Shown: positions 32,267 through 41,834, counted from the first letter of the stretch. The stretch: DNA of 64,000 nt from Myxococcota bacterium (GCA_039028615.1 JBCCHT010000011.1:96001-160000), one strand, 5' to 3'. The notes: generated by a model not told the origin, from the letters alone. Program-made: numbers and translations.

Positions 32267-34759
32267 GTGAAGAAAGTCGTCCGCAACGCCGCCTACCAGG
32301 CCTACCTCGATGCCAATGAAACCCTCGATCTCGGAACGCGCCTGAAGTCGGTTCGCGACGAGCCGCTGACGCCCGGCGGCCGCGCCCGCATGACGCTCTT
32401 CGAGCGCGTCTCGGGCGGTCGCCCTCACCCCCGCATGCAGTTCTCCTTCGTGGAGGTCGAGGATCCGAACCCGCCCGGGCCCCTCTTCACGCCAGACAAG
32501 GCTCCGACCAATGCCACCGAGCTGCGCGCCGCCATCGGCAACACGCGCTCGCAGCACGCCGAGACGCTGGCGCTCAAGGACCTCGAGGGCAAGGAGCCCA
32601 AGCAGAGCCGCCAGTACTGGCGCAACCGCATCCGGGCCAACCGCTGCGCGGCGCTCTTCGAGGAGGTCCGCGCCAAGGTCGCCGGCTGGGTCGACGACGG
32701 CTCCATCGACGCGGCGCAGCACAACGCCTGCAAGCTGGCCATCGCCGAGCAAGAGGACGAGGCCTTCGCCGGACGCATCACCTACGACAACGAGGACACG
32801 AAGACCTACCACAGCTACAAGAAGGACGCGCCCTTCGTCCACTACCTCGAGGAGATCCTGAAGTCGCTGCCCGAGGAAGGTAGCGAGGCCATGGCCGTGT
32901 CGTACTCGGCCACGCGGGAGTCGATCCGTCGCCAGCGCGAGCAGGCGCGTCGCCACCTCGACTACCTCATGCGCAACAAGTACGCGTACGAGGTCATCGT
33001 CGAGACCGACATCGAAAAGACCCTGGGCGGCTTCCTCATCGACCGGGCGAGCCGACGCATCGTCTCCGAGACGCCCGACTCCGATCCGCTGGAGCCGAGC
33101 TACGAGCTTTTGCGCATCAAGCCGAGCGCCGAGCACCCGCACGCGGGCAAGTGGCTGTACCGCACGCCCCAAGGCACCCTGCACCTGCAGACCCACGAGA
33201 AGGTCGAGGTCGACGCGTCGCTCGTCCGCTCCACGCCGCGCGACATCGAGGAGCTCACCTTCCGCCGCGCGCCCAAGGACCCCAACCTTCGCCAGGGCAT
33301 CCGGTTCGACTGGGACGAGAGCGGATGGGTCCAGCAAGACCGCGTGGACTGGGTCTCGTGGGCCGGCCACTGCGACCTCAAGGCGGTCGTCGAGGCGCTG
33401 GGCGTCACCCTCACCTGGGAGCCCAAGCCGGGCATCGAGGAGTACCGCTCCGACACTGGGAAGAAGACCAACTACAACCGAGACCTGCTGCTCGAGATGG
33501 TCGCCAGCATCCTGGAGTTCGGCTCGGTGCACAGCTACATCGACGGCACCGGTCGGTACTCCAAGGGCATCCACCACTTCGGTGGCTCGCGCAACGACAG
33601 CCACCCCGACCGCCTGCAGTTCAAGGGTCTGTCGCAGGGCCGCAGCTTCCGCTGGCCGCTCGGCGGTCGCCAGGACGTGTTCCGCATCAGCGGCATCGAG
33701 CTGCCCAACGGCGACAAGCCCGACATGGGCACCGTGTTCTTCCGGCACCTGCCCGACACCGAGAAGGTCTCGTTCGCGCCCAACCCCCGCTACATCAAGA
33801 CCGTCGAGGGTGACTACAACATCATCGACGTGTCCGGGTCCAAGCTCGAGGCGCGGATCAAGGTCGACGTGTTCGACGAGAGCACCGGGTACCCGATCCA
33901 GAAGTCGGAGACCACCACCATCGATCTCCGCGACAACGCCGAGGGCGGCGCCGATCGGCGGGACTTCCTGGGCACGCACATCGAGGACGTGGCCACCCGC
34001 AAGCTGTTCCGCGTGTACTACGTGCCCAAGGACAGCTCGATCGTCGCCGAGATGCACCAGTACACCGAAAAGGACGGCAAGTGGGTCAGCTCGCCGCTGC
34101 CCGACGAGAACACGGTGGTCAAGCTGGTCGAGCCGCTCAACTGCACGCTGAGCCGCGAGATGAAGCGCGATGATCCCTCGCAGTTCACCGCCCTGCTGGA
34201 CATCGCCCAGCGTCAAGCCAAGAACATCTGTGCCGATACCGACAAGGAGTCGGCGGTGTGGAACGGCGTGGTCACCTCGATCGACACGCAGAAGCTCGGC
34301 GCCAACGCGGAGGCCCGCACCGAGCACTGGAAGGTCGACATCAAGGCACGCTTCGGCGACGCCTCGCTCGAGTACCTGGTGCGCCGCGGCGAGGACGGCA
34401 CCCCCGAGGCCTACTGCCCCGCCACCTCCGACCGCCACTGGGGACGCTGGCCCGACTTTCTGTGGCAGGACATCCCGGACGTGTGCACCAAGGGCCTCGA
34501 CGAGGGCGAGTGGGTCGTCAACGAGACCATGCTGGAGCGCGAGTTCATCGAGGTCCGCCCCGACGACTCGCTGGCCTCCGGCTTCTTCGTCTTCGATGAC
34601 CACGTCAAGAACGTGTACGAGCTGATCTGGGGAGGCCTGGCCGGCTACACCCACACCATCGTCCACGAGAACAAGCGCTACGGCTTCAAGTCCAAAGAGA
34701 CCTGGCAAGCGGCGGTGGACAAGGTCGAGGCCCTGCGCCAGGCCCTGAGCTTCAAGTAG
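32267..34759 (+). CDS. Large hypothetical protein, possible Cys-dependent transglutaminase-elicitor-like domain
   Basis: RBS GAGG before GTG 32267; strong codon bias; SWAGHCD and AVWNGVV motifs. Confidence 0.7.
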   Translation: MKKVVRNAAYQAYLDANETLDLGTRLKSVRDEPLTPGGRARMTLFERVSGGRPHPRMQFSFVEVEDPNPPGPLFTPDKAPTNATELRAAIGNTRSQHAETLALKDLEGKEPKQSRQYWRNRIRANRCAALFEEVRAKVAGWVDDGSIDAAQHNACKLAIAEQEDEAFAGRITYDNEDTKTYHSYKKDAPFVHYLEEILKSLPEEGSEAMAVSYSATRESIRRQREQARRHLDYLMRNKYAYEVIVETDIEKTLGGFLIDRASRRIVSETPDSDPLEPSYELLRIKPSAEHPHAGKWLYRTPQGTLHLQTHEKVEVDASLVRSTPRDIEELTFRRAPKDPNLRQGIRFDWDESGWVQQDRVDWVSWAGHCDLKAVVEALGVTLTWEPKPGIEEYRSDTGKKTNYNRDLLLEMVASILEFGSVHSYIDGTGRYSKGIHHFGGSRNDSHPDRLQFKGLSQGRSFRWPLGGRQDVFRISGIELPNGDKPDMGTVFFRHLPDTEKVSFAPNPRYIKTVEGDYNIIDVSGSKLEARIKVDVFDESTGYPIQKSETTTIDLRDNAEGGADRRDFLGTHIEDVATRKLFRVYYVPKDSSIVAEMHQYTEKDGKWVSSPLPDENTVVKLVEPLNCTLSREMKRDDPSQFTALLDIAQRQAKNICADTDKESAVWNGVVTSIDTQKLGANAEARTEHWKVDIKARFGDASLEYLVRRGEDGTPEAYCPATSDRHWGRWPDFLWQDIPDVCTKGLDEGEWVVNETMLEREFIEVRPDDSLASGFFVFDDHVKNVYELIWGGLAGYTHTIVHENKRYGFKSKETWQAAVDKVEALRQALSFK

Positions 34760-34973
34760 GAGCGAATCCCACCATCCTTGGCCCGAACGAACCGGGCCGG
34801 AGAATCGTCGAGGCGCTGCGGATCTGGCCGCAGCGCCTCTTTTCGTGGGCCGAACGCTGGTTCTCTGGATTTTCGACCTCGCAGTCGTGACTTGTCCCGC
34901 GATCGCGGCCCTCCGGTAAACCCTGGTTCTTTGCGGCGTGGCGAGGGCTGCGGTGCTAGCGTGCACGGCGGTC

Positions 34974-36284
34974 ATGCCCGACGAGCGGGAAACGACCCTG
35001 CCATCGACTTCCGACGGCTCGGACGAGTCCGACGAGCGACTCGCATTGGTTTGCATCGGCTCGCCGGAGCGTGATTTCGCCCATGCGGGCGCGGTGTACC
35101 GATTGTCGGGCGTCGGCCGGGTTCGCTTCGGCCGCTCCGTCGATCAGAAGTGGGACCACGGGCAGCGCGACGGCGTGGTGGAGATCGCCGTGCCCCTGCC
35201 GTGGGTCAGCAGCGTGCATGCCGAGCTCCACCTCGACGGCCCGCGCCTTCGCATCGTCGACTGCGGCAGCCGCAACGGCACGCTGGTCGAGAACAAGCGC
35301 ATCGGGACCCAAGCCGGCCTGAGCGTGGGGCGGGTCTTCGAGATCGGCCGCTCGTTTTGGATGCTGCGTCGGGTTCGTTCCACCGTCGATCCGACCGAGC
35401 CGGGCCAGACGCCGCGCTTCGCCTGCAACGAGGTCCGCACGCTCCAGCGGGTCATTGCCCGCCTCGCTCCCAGCACCGTGCCCATCCTGCTGTACGGCGA
35501 GACGGGCACGGGCAAGGAACGACTGGCGCGGGCGATCCACGTCCGCAGCGGTCGCGAGGGCCCCTTCATCCCCGTCAACGTCGCCGGCTCCATCGAGCGG
35601 CTGCTGCAAGGCCGGGCCGAGCGCCTGCTCGCCGCCCGTGGCGGCACCCTGTATCTCGACGACGTGGGCGAGCTGGCCCCCGAGGACCAGACCAAGCTGA
35701 CCTCGGCGCTCATGAGCCATGCCCACGAGTCCCGCGAAGAGGGCCACGACGCTCAGATTCGTCTGGTCTCGTCGAGTACCCGCGACCTGCGGACCATGGT
35801 CGAGGCTGGCACCTTCCGACCCGATCTGTTGGGGCGCCTGGCCGGCTACGAAGCGCGGCTGCCTCCGCTGCGAGAGCGTCGCGAAGACCTGGGCTTGCTC
35901 GCCATGGACGTCCTGCGTCGCCAGGCCAAGGGCGGCCCCGTCCCGCGCCTGTCCAGCGCCGTGTTTCGCTCGATGCTCGAGCACCCCTGGCCCTTCAACC
36001 TGCGGGAGCTCGAGCACTCGCTGATGGCCGCGCGCACGCTGGTCGAAGGGGAGCCGGGGGAGATCGACCTCGAGATCTGGAAGCAGGTGTGCTGGAAGGT
36101 CGAGGGCGGCGACCCGTCGCCGTCGCGCGTCGAAGCGGTCCGCCGTGAGCTCGTGCAGCAGCTCGCCCGGCACCGCGGCCAGCTCGACGCCGTCGCTCAG
36201 GCCCTGCAGTGCGAAGTCGAAGACGTGCAGCGCTGGGCCGAGCGATTCTCGCTCCGACCCGAGCGGTACCGCGACGCGGGCTGA
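34974..36284 (+). CDS. FHA domain + sigma54-activator-like AAA+ regulator lacking GAFTGA
   Basis: FHA: FGRS, VSSVHA, DCGSRNGT; GETGTGKE, GGTLYLDDVGEL, FRPDLLGRL, LPPLRERREDL, WPFNLREL. Confidence 0.85.
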   Translation: MPDERETTLPSTSDGSDESDERLALVCIGSPERDFAHAGAVYRLSGVGRVRFGRSVDQKWDHGQRDGVVEIAVPLPWVSSVHAELHLDGPRLRIVDCGSRNGTLVENKRIGTQAGLSVGRVFEIGRSFWMLRRVRSTVDPTEPGQTPRFACNEVRTLQRVIARLAPSTVPILLYGETGTGKERLARAIHVRSGREGPFIPVNVAGSIERLLQGRAERLLAARGGTLYLDDVGELAPEDQTKLTSALMSHAHESREEGHDAQIRLVSSSTRDLRTMVEAGTFRPDLLGRLAGYEARLPPLRERREDLGLLAMDVLRRQAKGGPVPRLSSAVFRSMLEHPWPFNLRELEHSLMAARTLVEGEPGEIDLEIWKQVCWKVEGGDPSPSRVEAVRRELVQQLARHRGQLDAVAQALQCEVEDVQRWAERFSLRPERYRDAG

Positions 36285-36289
36285 ACGCC

Positions 36290-36657
36290 GGCCCACCAGT
36301 GGGCCACCCGGTCCACCCACGGGCCACCCTGCGACTCGAGCCGACGCGCATCTGCTCGGGATCTCAGCAACTCGATCTTGGCCCGGTCGTTGCTCTTACG
36401 AGGGCCCGTGGGTCCTTCAACATCATCAACCAATCCATTCGAAGCGTTCTGCACTCGCGACCCGGTCCTGCTGCGTACGCGTCAGAGCCTTCGTACGTGG
36501 TCCCAGCGACCGTTGGACGTGCTCGTGGTCGGTGAGTCGGGCGTGGGCAAGTCCCTCGTCGCACGCCTGGTTCATCTTGGATCAGCCGCCGCCAATTCGA
36601 CGCCGCAGGTCCATCCCGCGGTCGATCCGAGCGGGGTGGCCCACTGGTGGGCCACCC
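36290..36657. repeat. Exact 20-bp inverted repeat pair built from GGGCCACCC half-sites
   Basis: 36290-36309 GGCCCACCAGTGGGCCACCC is the reverse complement of 36634-36653; further half-sites at 36310 and 36321; 36634-36657 is a palindrome with 11-bp arms. Confidence 0.75.
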
Positions 36658-37460
36658 TCGAGGGCGCCGCCGAGACGTGGGTGATCGACGACCTGGAACG
36701 ATGGCCCCTCGATCGACAGGCCGCGATGGTCGAGGCGCTGACGAAGGCCAAAGAGCAGGCCCCGCGTCTGGTCGTGCTCAGTCGAGTCCCAGCGTCGCGG
36801 CTGCTCGACGAGGGGCGGCTGCTGCCCGCGCTCGCGCAACGCTGGGGCGCCCGCGAGGCCGTGCTGCCTCCGCTGCGGGCGCGACCCGACGACCTCGCCC
36901 CAATCGTGGGCGCCATGCTCCGCCAGGCGGGTCGTCCCGGCCTGCGCCTCGAGCCCGATGCATGGCGAGCGCTGGCCCGGCACGGCTGGCCCGACAACGT
37001 CCGAGAGCTCCGCAAGGTCATCGACGATGCGTTGGCTCGTGTGCATGGCCCCCACCTCGGCGCGGCCATGCTCCGCCTCGACCCGCTGGCGCCGCCCTCC
37101 CTCGAGGACCTCGGCGACCGCTCGTTCCGGGCGCTACGGCAGCAGGTCGAGGGCTGGTACCTGCGGCGGCTCCTGCACCAGACGAACGGCAACATCAGCG
37201 AAGCAGCCCGTCGCGCCGGGTGCTCCCGCAAGGTGCTGCGCGATCGCCTGCGTCGCAACGGGCTCTATCCCCCCGTGGCCGCCCCCGCGGTGGAGGTCGG
37301 CGCCCCGCCGTGTGCACGCGAGCCCGCCGTGCTCCACCGGGGCATGCTGTGGTGCGCCGAGCCTCAGTCGCGGCGATGGGGCCGACGTCGCCGCCACATC
37401 GCGAGCAGGCCCATCAGGCCCAAGCCCATCAGTCCTCGCCCGGTCTCGTCTGCGCTCTGA
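36378..37460 (+). CDS. Degenerate sigma54-activator-like AAA+ regulator with Fis-type HTH
   Basis: GESGVGKS, VIDDLE, LPPLRARPDDL, WPDNVRELR, NGNISEAARRAG; no GAFTGA; start uncertain. Confidence 0.75.
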   Translation: MARSLLLRGPVGPSTSSTNPFEAFCTRDPVLLRTRQSLRTWSQRPLDVLVVGESGVGKSLVARLVHLGSAAANSTPQVHPAVDPSGVAHWWATLEGAAETWVIDDLERWPLDRQAAMVEALTKAKEQAPRLVVLSRVPASRLLDEGRLLPALAQRWGAREAVLPPLRARPDDLAPIVGAMLRQAGRPGLRLEPDAWRALARHGWPDNVRELRKVIDDALARVHGPHLGAAMLRLDPLAPPSLEDLGDRSFRALRQQVEGWYLRRLLHQTNGNISEAARRAGCSRKVLRDRLRRNGLYPPVAAPAVEVGAPPCAREPAVLHRGMLWCAEPQSRRWGRRRRHIASRPIRPKPISPRPVSSAL

Positions 37461-39799
37461 GCCCGGCAGGCACAGCCCGCCCCGCCCGAGCGCCCGGTGG
37501 CGTCCTTGGGCGTGGCCTCGGCCAGCGGCGTGCCCACCAGGCCTCCGCCCGCGGCGGGATCGGCTGGGGCTCCGTTCGCCCCGGCACCCGCCGCTCCGTT
37601 GCCACCCGCAGAGGCGCTGCCGCCCGCGGCCGCGCTGGGCGGGGGCGCATCCCGCTTATCGGCGACGCCCAGCTCCTCGAGCAGGGCCCCCGCATCGGCC
37701 ACCTCGTCGAGCACCCACAGCACGTAGCGCACGTCGACGATCACGTTGCGCGAGCGCGCCGTGTTGTAGCCGAAGTCCCCGGCGATGTTCTCCCACACCC
37801 GGTCGAAGTTGAGGCCCACGAAGCGGCCCTGGCCGTCGATGACCGGGCTGCCCGAGTTGCCGCCGGTCGTGTCGCCATTGGACAGGAAGTCGACCGGCAC
37901 ATCACCGAGCGCGGGATCGACCCAGTAGGTGCTCGTCGACTTGGCGGCCGCCTGCTGGACGGACTCGGGCAGGTTGAACGGATCCTCGCCCGTGTGCTTG
38001 GCCACCATGCCAGCCACCACCGTCTGCGGCGTGGCGAACAGCCCGTCGCGAGGCGAGTAGCCCTTGACGCTCGCGTAGCTGAACCGAAGCGTGCCGTTGG
38101 CATCGGGGTACACGGGGCCGCCACGCACCTTCTCGAGCATCTCGAAGTAGCGGGGCCCCAGCACCAGCATCTCGCCCTTTTGCCGGTCGCGACGGTCCTG
38201 GAGCTTCTCGATCGCCTCGACCATCTCGTGGGCGAGCATCAGCATGGGGTCGCGGCTCGCCGCCAGCGCCTCGGCATCGGCCGCATCGAAGGCCGCCTTC
38301 ACGAACGCCTCGTCGGTCACCTTGGTGGACCGCAGCATCCGCTCGAGGTCAGTGCTCTTGAACCCGGTCACCCGCTCGGTCGGGGGCAGAGCCTCGATGC
38401 GGGCAAACAGACGCAGCAACAGGTCGAGGTCGACCTTGGCGTCGTAGTCCCGCAGCCGCCGCTGCTGGCTCTGCCACAGCCTCCGCTCGCCTCGCTCCTG
38501 GTACTTCGAGCGACGCTCGAGGTCGGGCTTGGCCTGCTCGCGAGCGCGACGCACCAAGTCGATGGCGACCGCCAGCGCTCGCGACCCCCGGGTGGAGTTG
38601 TCGAGCACGAAGTCGCGTTCGAAGTTGTCGCGTCGCACCGCGCTCAGATCGGCCAGGCCCTCCAGCACCCCGGCGTAGGCGTCGCCCTGCTCGGCCGCCC
38701 AGGTGGTCAGCGCCTCCTGCTCCTTCTTGCGCGCCTCCAGCAGGCGATTGCGACGAATCCCGTCGATCATCCCACGGGCGTTCTTGTGGCGGTTGGCCAG
38801 GCTGCGCAGGGTGGCCGCGACCTTGATCTTCACCGCTGGGTCGGCCGCGCCGTGCCGCTCGAGCACCTCGATCCACTCCCCATAAAGCGCCACGCGCGAG
38901 GGCAGGAACTGCTCGAGCTGCCGCTCCATCTCCACCGCGGGCAGGTAGCGGTTGGTGCGTCCCGGGTAGCCCAAGATCGCCACGAAGTCGCCGGGCGAGA
39001 CCCCGCGCGGCGCCACCTCGAAGTGCTGCTTGGGCTCATACGGCACGTTGTCGGTGGAGTACGCGGCCGGCTTGCCGTCGGGCCCGACGTAGGCGCGCAT
39101 CAGGGTGAAGTCCCCCGCGTGCCGGGGCCACATCCAGTTGTCGACCTCTCCGCCGTAGTTGCCGATCGACGAGGGCGGGGCATACACCACGCGAACGTCC
39201 AGCAGCTCGAGGTAGCGCAGCAGCTGGTACTCGTAGCCGTTGTAGAACTCGGCCACCTGGCAGTAGTCGCCGGGATGGTCCTTCTCGCACTGAGCCACCA
39301 TCTCGGCACGAGCCTTGTCGACGACCAGCGCCCGCTTGGTGGGGTCGGGCTCGGCTTCGGCCAGCGCCCGGATCTTCTCGGTCACGTCCTCGGAGGACTC
39401 GAGCACCTTGACCGTGCTGCCCTCCGCCTTCAGCTCGTCGGCGTGGGTCGAGGCATAGAAGCCGTCGCGCAGGTAGTCGTGCTCGACCGAGCTGCCCGCC
39501 TGGATCGCCCCGTAGGCACAGTGATGGTTGGTCGCCACCAAGCCCCGCGAGGACACGAAGCCCGCCGAGCACCCCGACAGGTTCACCGCCGCCCGCATGA
39601 GCCCGCCGTCCTTCGGGTTCCACAGGGTCCGCGAGTCGATGCGCAGCCCCATGTCCCGTAGCTTGGTCTGGTCGAGCTTGGGGATCTGTTTGGGCATCCA
39701 CTGCCCCTCGTCCGCTCGTCCCGTGGTGGTGAGGGCGAGCCCCAGCATCACCACCGAACCCATCAAAGCGCCGCGAAACGACCGTCCGTGCCCATTCAT
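37364..39799 (-). CDS. S46 family dipeptidyl peptidase (DPP11-like) with MYXO-CTERM anchor
   Basis: ADEGQWMP, TNHHC, DNWMWPRHAGDF, DTTGGNSGSPV, GLNFDRVWE; C-terminal GCACRA..LMGLLAMWRRRR. Confidence 0.93.
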   Translation of the reverse strand: MNGHGRSFRGALMGSVVMLGLALTTTGRADEGQWMPKQIPKLDQTKLRDMGLRIDSRTLWNPKDGGLMRAAVNLSGCSAGFVSSRGLVATNHHCAYGAIQAGSSVEHDYLRDGFYASTHADELKAEGSTVKVLESSEDVTEKIRALAEAEPDPTKRALVVDKARAEMVAQCEKDHPGDYCQVAEFYNGYEYQLLRYLELLDVRVVYAPPSSIGNYGGEVDNWMWPRHAGDFTLMRAYVGPDGKPAAYSTDNVPYEPKQHFEVAPRGVSPGDFVAILGYPGRTNRYLPAVEMERQLEQFLPSRVALYGEWIEVLERHGAADPAVKIKVAATLRSLANRHKNARGMIDGIRRNRLLEARKKEQEALTTWAAEQGDAYAGVLEGLADLSAVRRDNFERDFVLDNSTRGSRALAVAIDLVRRAREQAKPDLERRSKYQERGERRLWQSQQRRLRDYDAKVDLDLLLRLFARIEALPPTERVTGFKSTDLERMLRSTKVTDEAFVKAAFDAADAEALAASRDPMLMLAHEMVEAIEKLQDRRDRQKGEMLVLGPRYFEMLEKVRGGPVYPDANGTLRFSYASVKGYSPRDGLFATPQTVVAGMVAKHTGEDPFNLPESVQQAAAKSTSTYWVDPALGDVPVDFLSNGDTTGGNSGSPVIDGQGRFVGLNFDRVWENIAGDFGYNTARSRNVIVDVRYVLWVLDEVADAGALLEELGVADKRDAPPPSAAAGGSASAGGNGAAGAGANGAPADPAAGGGLVGTPLAEATPKDATGRSGGAGCACRAQSADETGRGLMGLGLMGLLAMWRRRRPHRRD

Positions 39800-39860
39800 T
39801 GGTGCCCGGACCCTATCATCATTGATTGGCCCGCGGCCGAGCATCGGGCACGATCGAGGG

Positions 39861-40442
39861 GTGAAGACCGATTCCGTCGCCCGGGTCGCCCCAGCCACCC
39901 GCCGCTGGCTTCTGGCCAACGCCCGCGACGCCCTGGCGAAGGCCCTGCAGACCCCCGCCCCGCCGCTGCCCCCGGCGCCCGACGACCCCATCCTCGACGA
40001 GCCCGCCCGCATGTTCGTGTCGTGGCACGAGGGAACGCGGCTGGTGGGATGCATCGGGGTCCTCGAGCCGCGGGAGACGGTGCGGGAGGGAACGCGGCGG
40101 CTCGCCGTGCAATCCGGGCTCCACGATCACCGCACGCCCATGCCCGCCGCCACCGACCTGCCGCGCCTGCACGCGGAGATCTCCATCCTCACGCCGCCCG
40201 AGCCCATGGCCGAACGCGGCCTGGCCGAGATCGCCGCGGCGCTGGTCCCGGGCCGAGACGGGCTGGTCCTCCACGACGGGGCCAAGCGCGCCGTGTTCCT
40301 CCCCGTGGTGTGGAACAGCCTCACGACCCCCGCCGCGTTCGTCACCGCGCTGTGTCGCAAGGCCGGGATCGACCCCCAGGTTCGCGCCGAGCATGTCCGC
40401 GGCGAGCGATTCTTCGCCGAGGAATTCAGCGAGCCGCACTGA
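39861..40442 (+). CDS. AMMECR1-domain protein (AmmeMemoRadiSam protein A)
   Basis: FVSWH..LVGCIG, DHR, EISILTPPE, PGRDGL, FLPVVW, LCRKAG. Confidence 0.85.
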   Translation: MKTDSVARVAPATRRWLLANARDALAKALQTPAPPLPPAPDDPILDEPARMFVSWHEGTRLVGCIGVLEPRETVREGTRRLAVQSGLHDHRTPMPAATDLPRLHAEISILTPPEPMAERGLAEIAAALVPGRDGLVLHDGAKRAVFLPVVWNSLTTPAAFVTALCRKAGIDPQVRAEHVRGERFFAEEFSEPH

Positions 40443-40445
40443 GTC

Positions 40446-41834
40446 TCAGCCGGGGTTGGGCACGGCCCAGGCTTCGAACACCGGAGTGATGTCTTCGCCC
40501 GCGATCGTCTCGAAGCGGTCGTGGTTGAAGGTCCACGCCAGCGGCCCCGAAGGCACGATCACCGGATCGACCGCGTTCAGCTCGGCGAAGAACGCCTGAT
40601 AAAACGCCCAGTCGTAGGTGTACTGGAACTGCAGGAGGAAGCACAGGCCGTCCCACGCGTCCCACTGCTCGTAGGCCACGGGCTCGCTGCCCGGGCACCC
40701 CGCCACCTGCTCGTGCAGCGGCACGCCCAAGGCCTCGAGCGCGTAGATCGAAAACAGGTTGGGCCACGACTCGAGCGAGTTCTCCTGGTACCACCACAGG
40801 CGACCGGCGAAGGTGAAGTCGTGGCCCAGCTCGTGGGCAAAGCCCCAGATGTCCACCCCGGGCATGCCCGCCAGCGAGATGCGATCGGAGAAGTCGGGCT
40901 GCACCAACACGGGCTGCATGCGCACTGGGTTGCCCGCCAGCATGTAGCCCAGCGGGGTCACGTCGGGATCGGGGAAGAACCGGATGCGCTGCCCGTGCTG
41001 GGGAAGAGCGCCGCGGAGCTCCTCTTCGAGCTCGTAGATCTCGTCGAGGATCGCCACCGAGGCCTCCAGCGCGGCCGCGTCCTGCCCCGCGGTGCTCGTG
41101 GGCAAGGTCAGCAACACGTGGTCGCCGCGGATCTCGACCCAGCCCGACGCGACCTCGTCGAAGGGGTACTCGGCCGCGAGCACCGACTCCACCGTGGGTA
41201 CGGTGGCACCGTCGCTGGTCACCGTCACCGTCTTGAAGCCCTCGGCCGCGACCCGGGCCTCGTAGGTCTCGCCGAGATCGTTTTCGGGTAGCCCGCCCAC
41301 GAACAGGATCCCGTCCTTGTCCGCGGTGAACACCACCTCGCCATCCACACAGGTCAGCGCCGGATCTTTGTAGTGCAGGCCGATGCGGGCCACGAGGTCG
41401 CCGATGAAGCACGGGCCATGATCGATGGGGTCGCCCGTGTTGATGTTGACGAACCAGGACCCCTCCTCGCTGATGGTGGCCGTGTCGCCCGCCTGCATGA
41501 ACAGCCCGGTGTTCACCCAGTTCTGGGCGGCGGGGACCTCGAAGGTCATCGAGCCGTAGGGCCCCCCGGGCGGCACGGGTAGGCACGTCCAGGGGCCTTC
41601 GCCGCACGGCTCGTCCACGGGGGAGTCCCCGGTCGTCGAGCCCGACGACGACTCGTCTCCGCCCGTGGTATCCGCGGCCGTCGTGTTCTCGGGGGTCGCG
41701 GGTGCGCCCGTCGTCTCGCCGCCCGAGCCCGAGCCTCCCGTGCTCTCGGCCGAACCGGGCTCCGCTCCGCCTTCGCTGGTGTTGCACGCGAGCGAAAGAG
41801 CGACAGCAACGACGAGCCACGACGAAGTACGCAC
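40446..41834 (-). CDS. Lipoprotein with LecA-like beta domain and M60-like zinc metallopeptidase
   Basis: SLAC lipobox; WVNTGLFMQAGD..LVARIG; WGFAHELGHDF followed by ESWPN. Confidence 0.72.
   Translation of the reverse strand: MRTSSWLVVAVALSLACNTSEGGAEPGSAESTGGSGSGGETTGAPATPENTTAADTTGGDESSSGSTTGDSPVDEPCGEGPWTCLPVPPGGPYGSMTFEVPAAQNWVNTGLFMQAGDTATISEEGSWFVNINTGDPIDHGPCFIGDLVARIGLHYKDPALTCVDGEVVFTADKDGILFVGGLPENDLGETYEARVAAEGFKTVTVTSDGATVPTVESVLAAEYPFDEVASGWVEIRGDHVLLTLPTSTAGQDAAALEASVAILDEIYELEEELRGALPQHGQRIRFFPDPDVTPLGYMLAGNPVRMQPVLVQPDFSDRISLAGMPGVDIWGFAHELGHDFTFAGRLWWYQENSLESWPNLFSIYALEALGVPLHEQVAGCPGSEPVAYEQWDAWDGLCFLLQFQYTYDWAFYQAFFAELNAVDPVIVPSGPLAWTFNHDRFETIAGEDITPVFEAWAVPNPG

Noticed and set aside
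31250..35056. 1268-aa minus-strand ORF
   Set aside because: Only the last 310 codons (hydrolase) look real; the rest is antisense to the well-biased 32267..34759 gene
34760..36380. Sigma54 -24/-12 promoter near the activator-like genes
   Set aside because: No convincing TGGCAC-N5-TTGC found by eye
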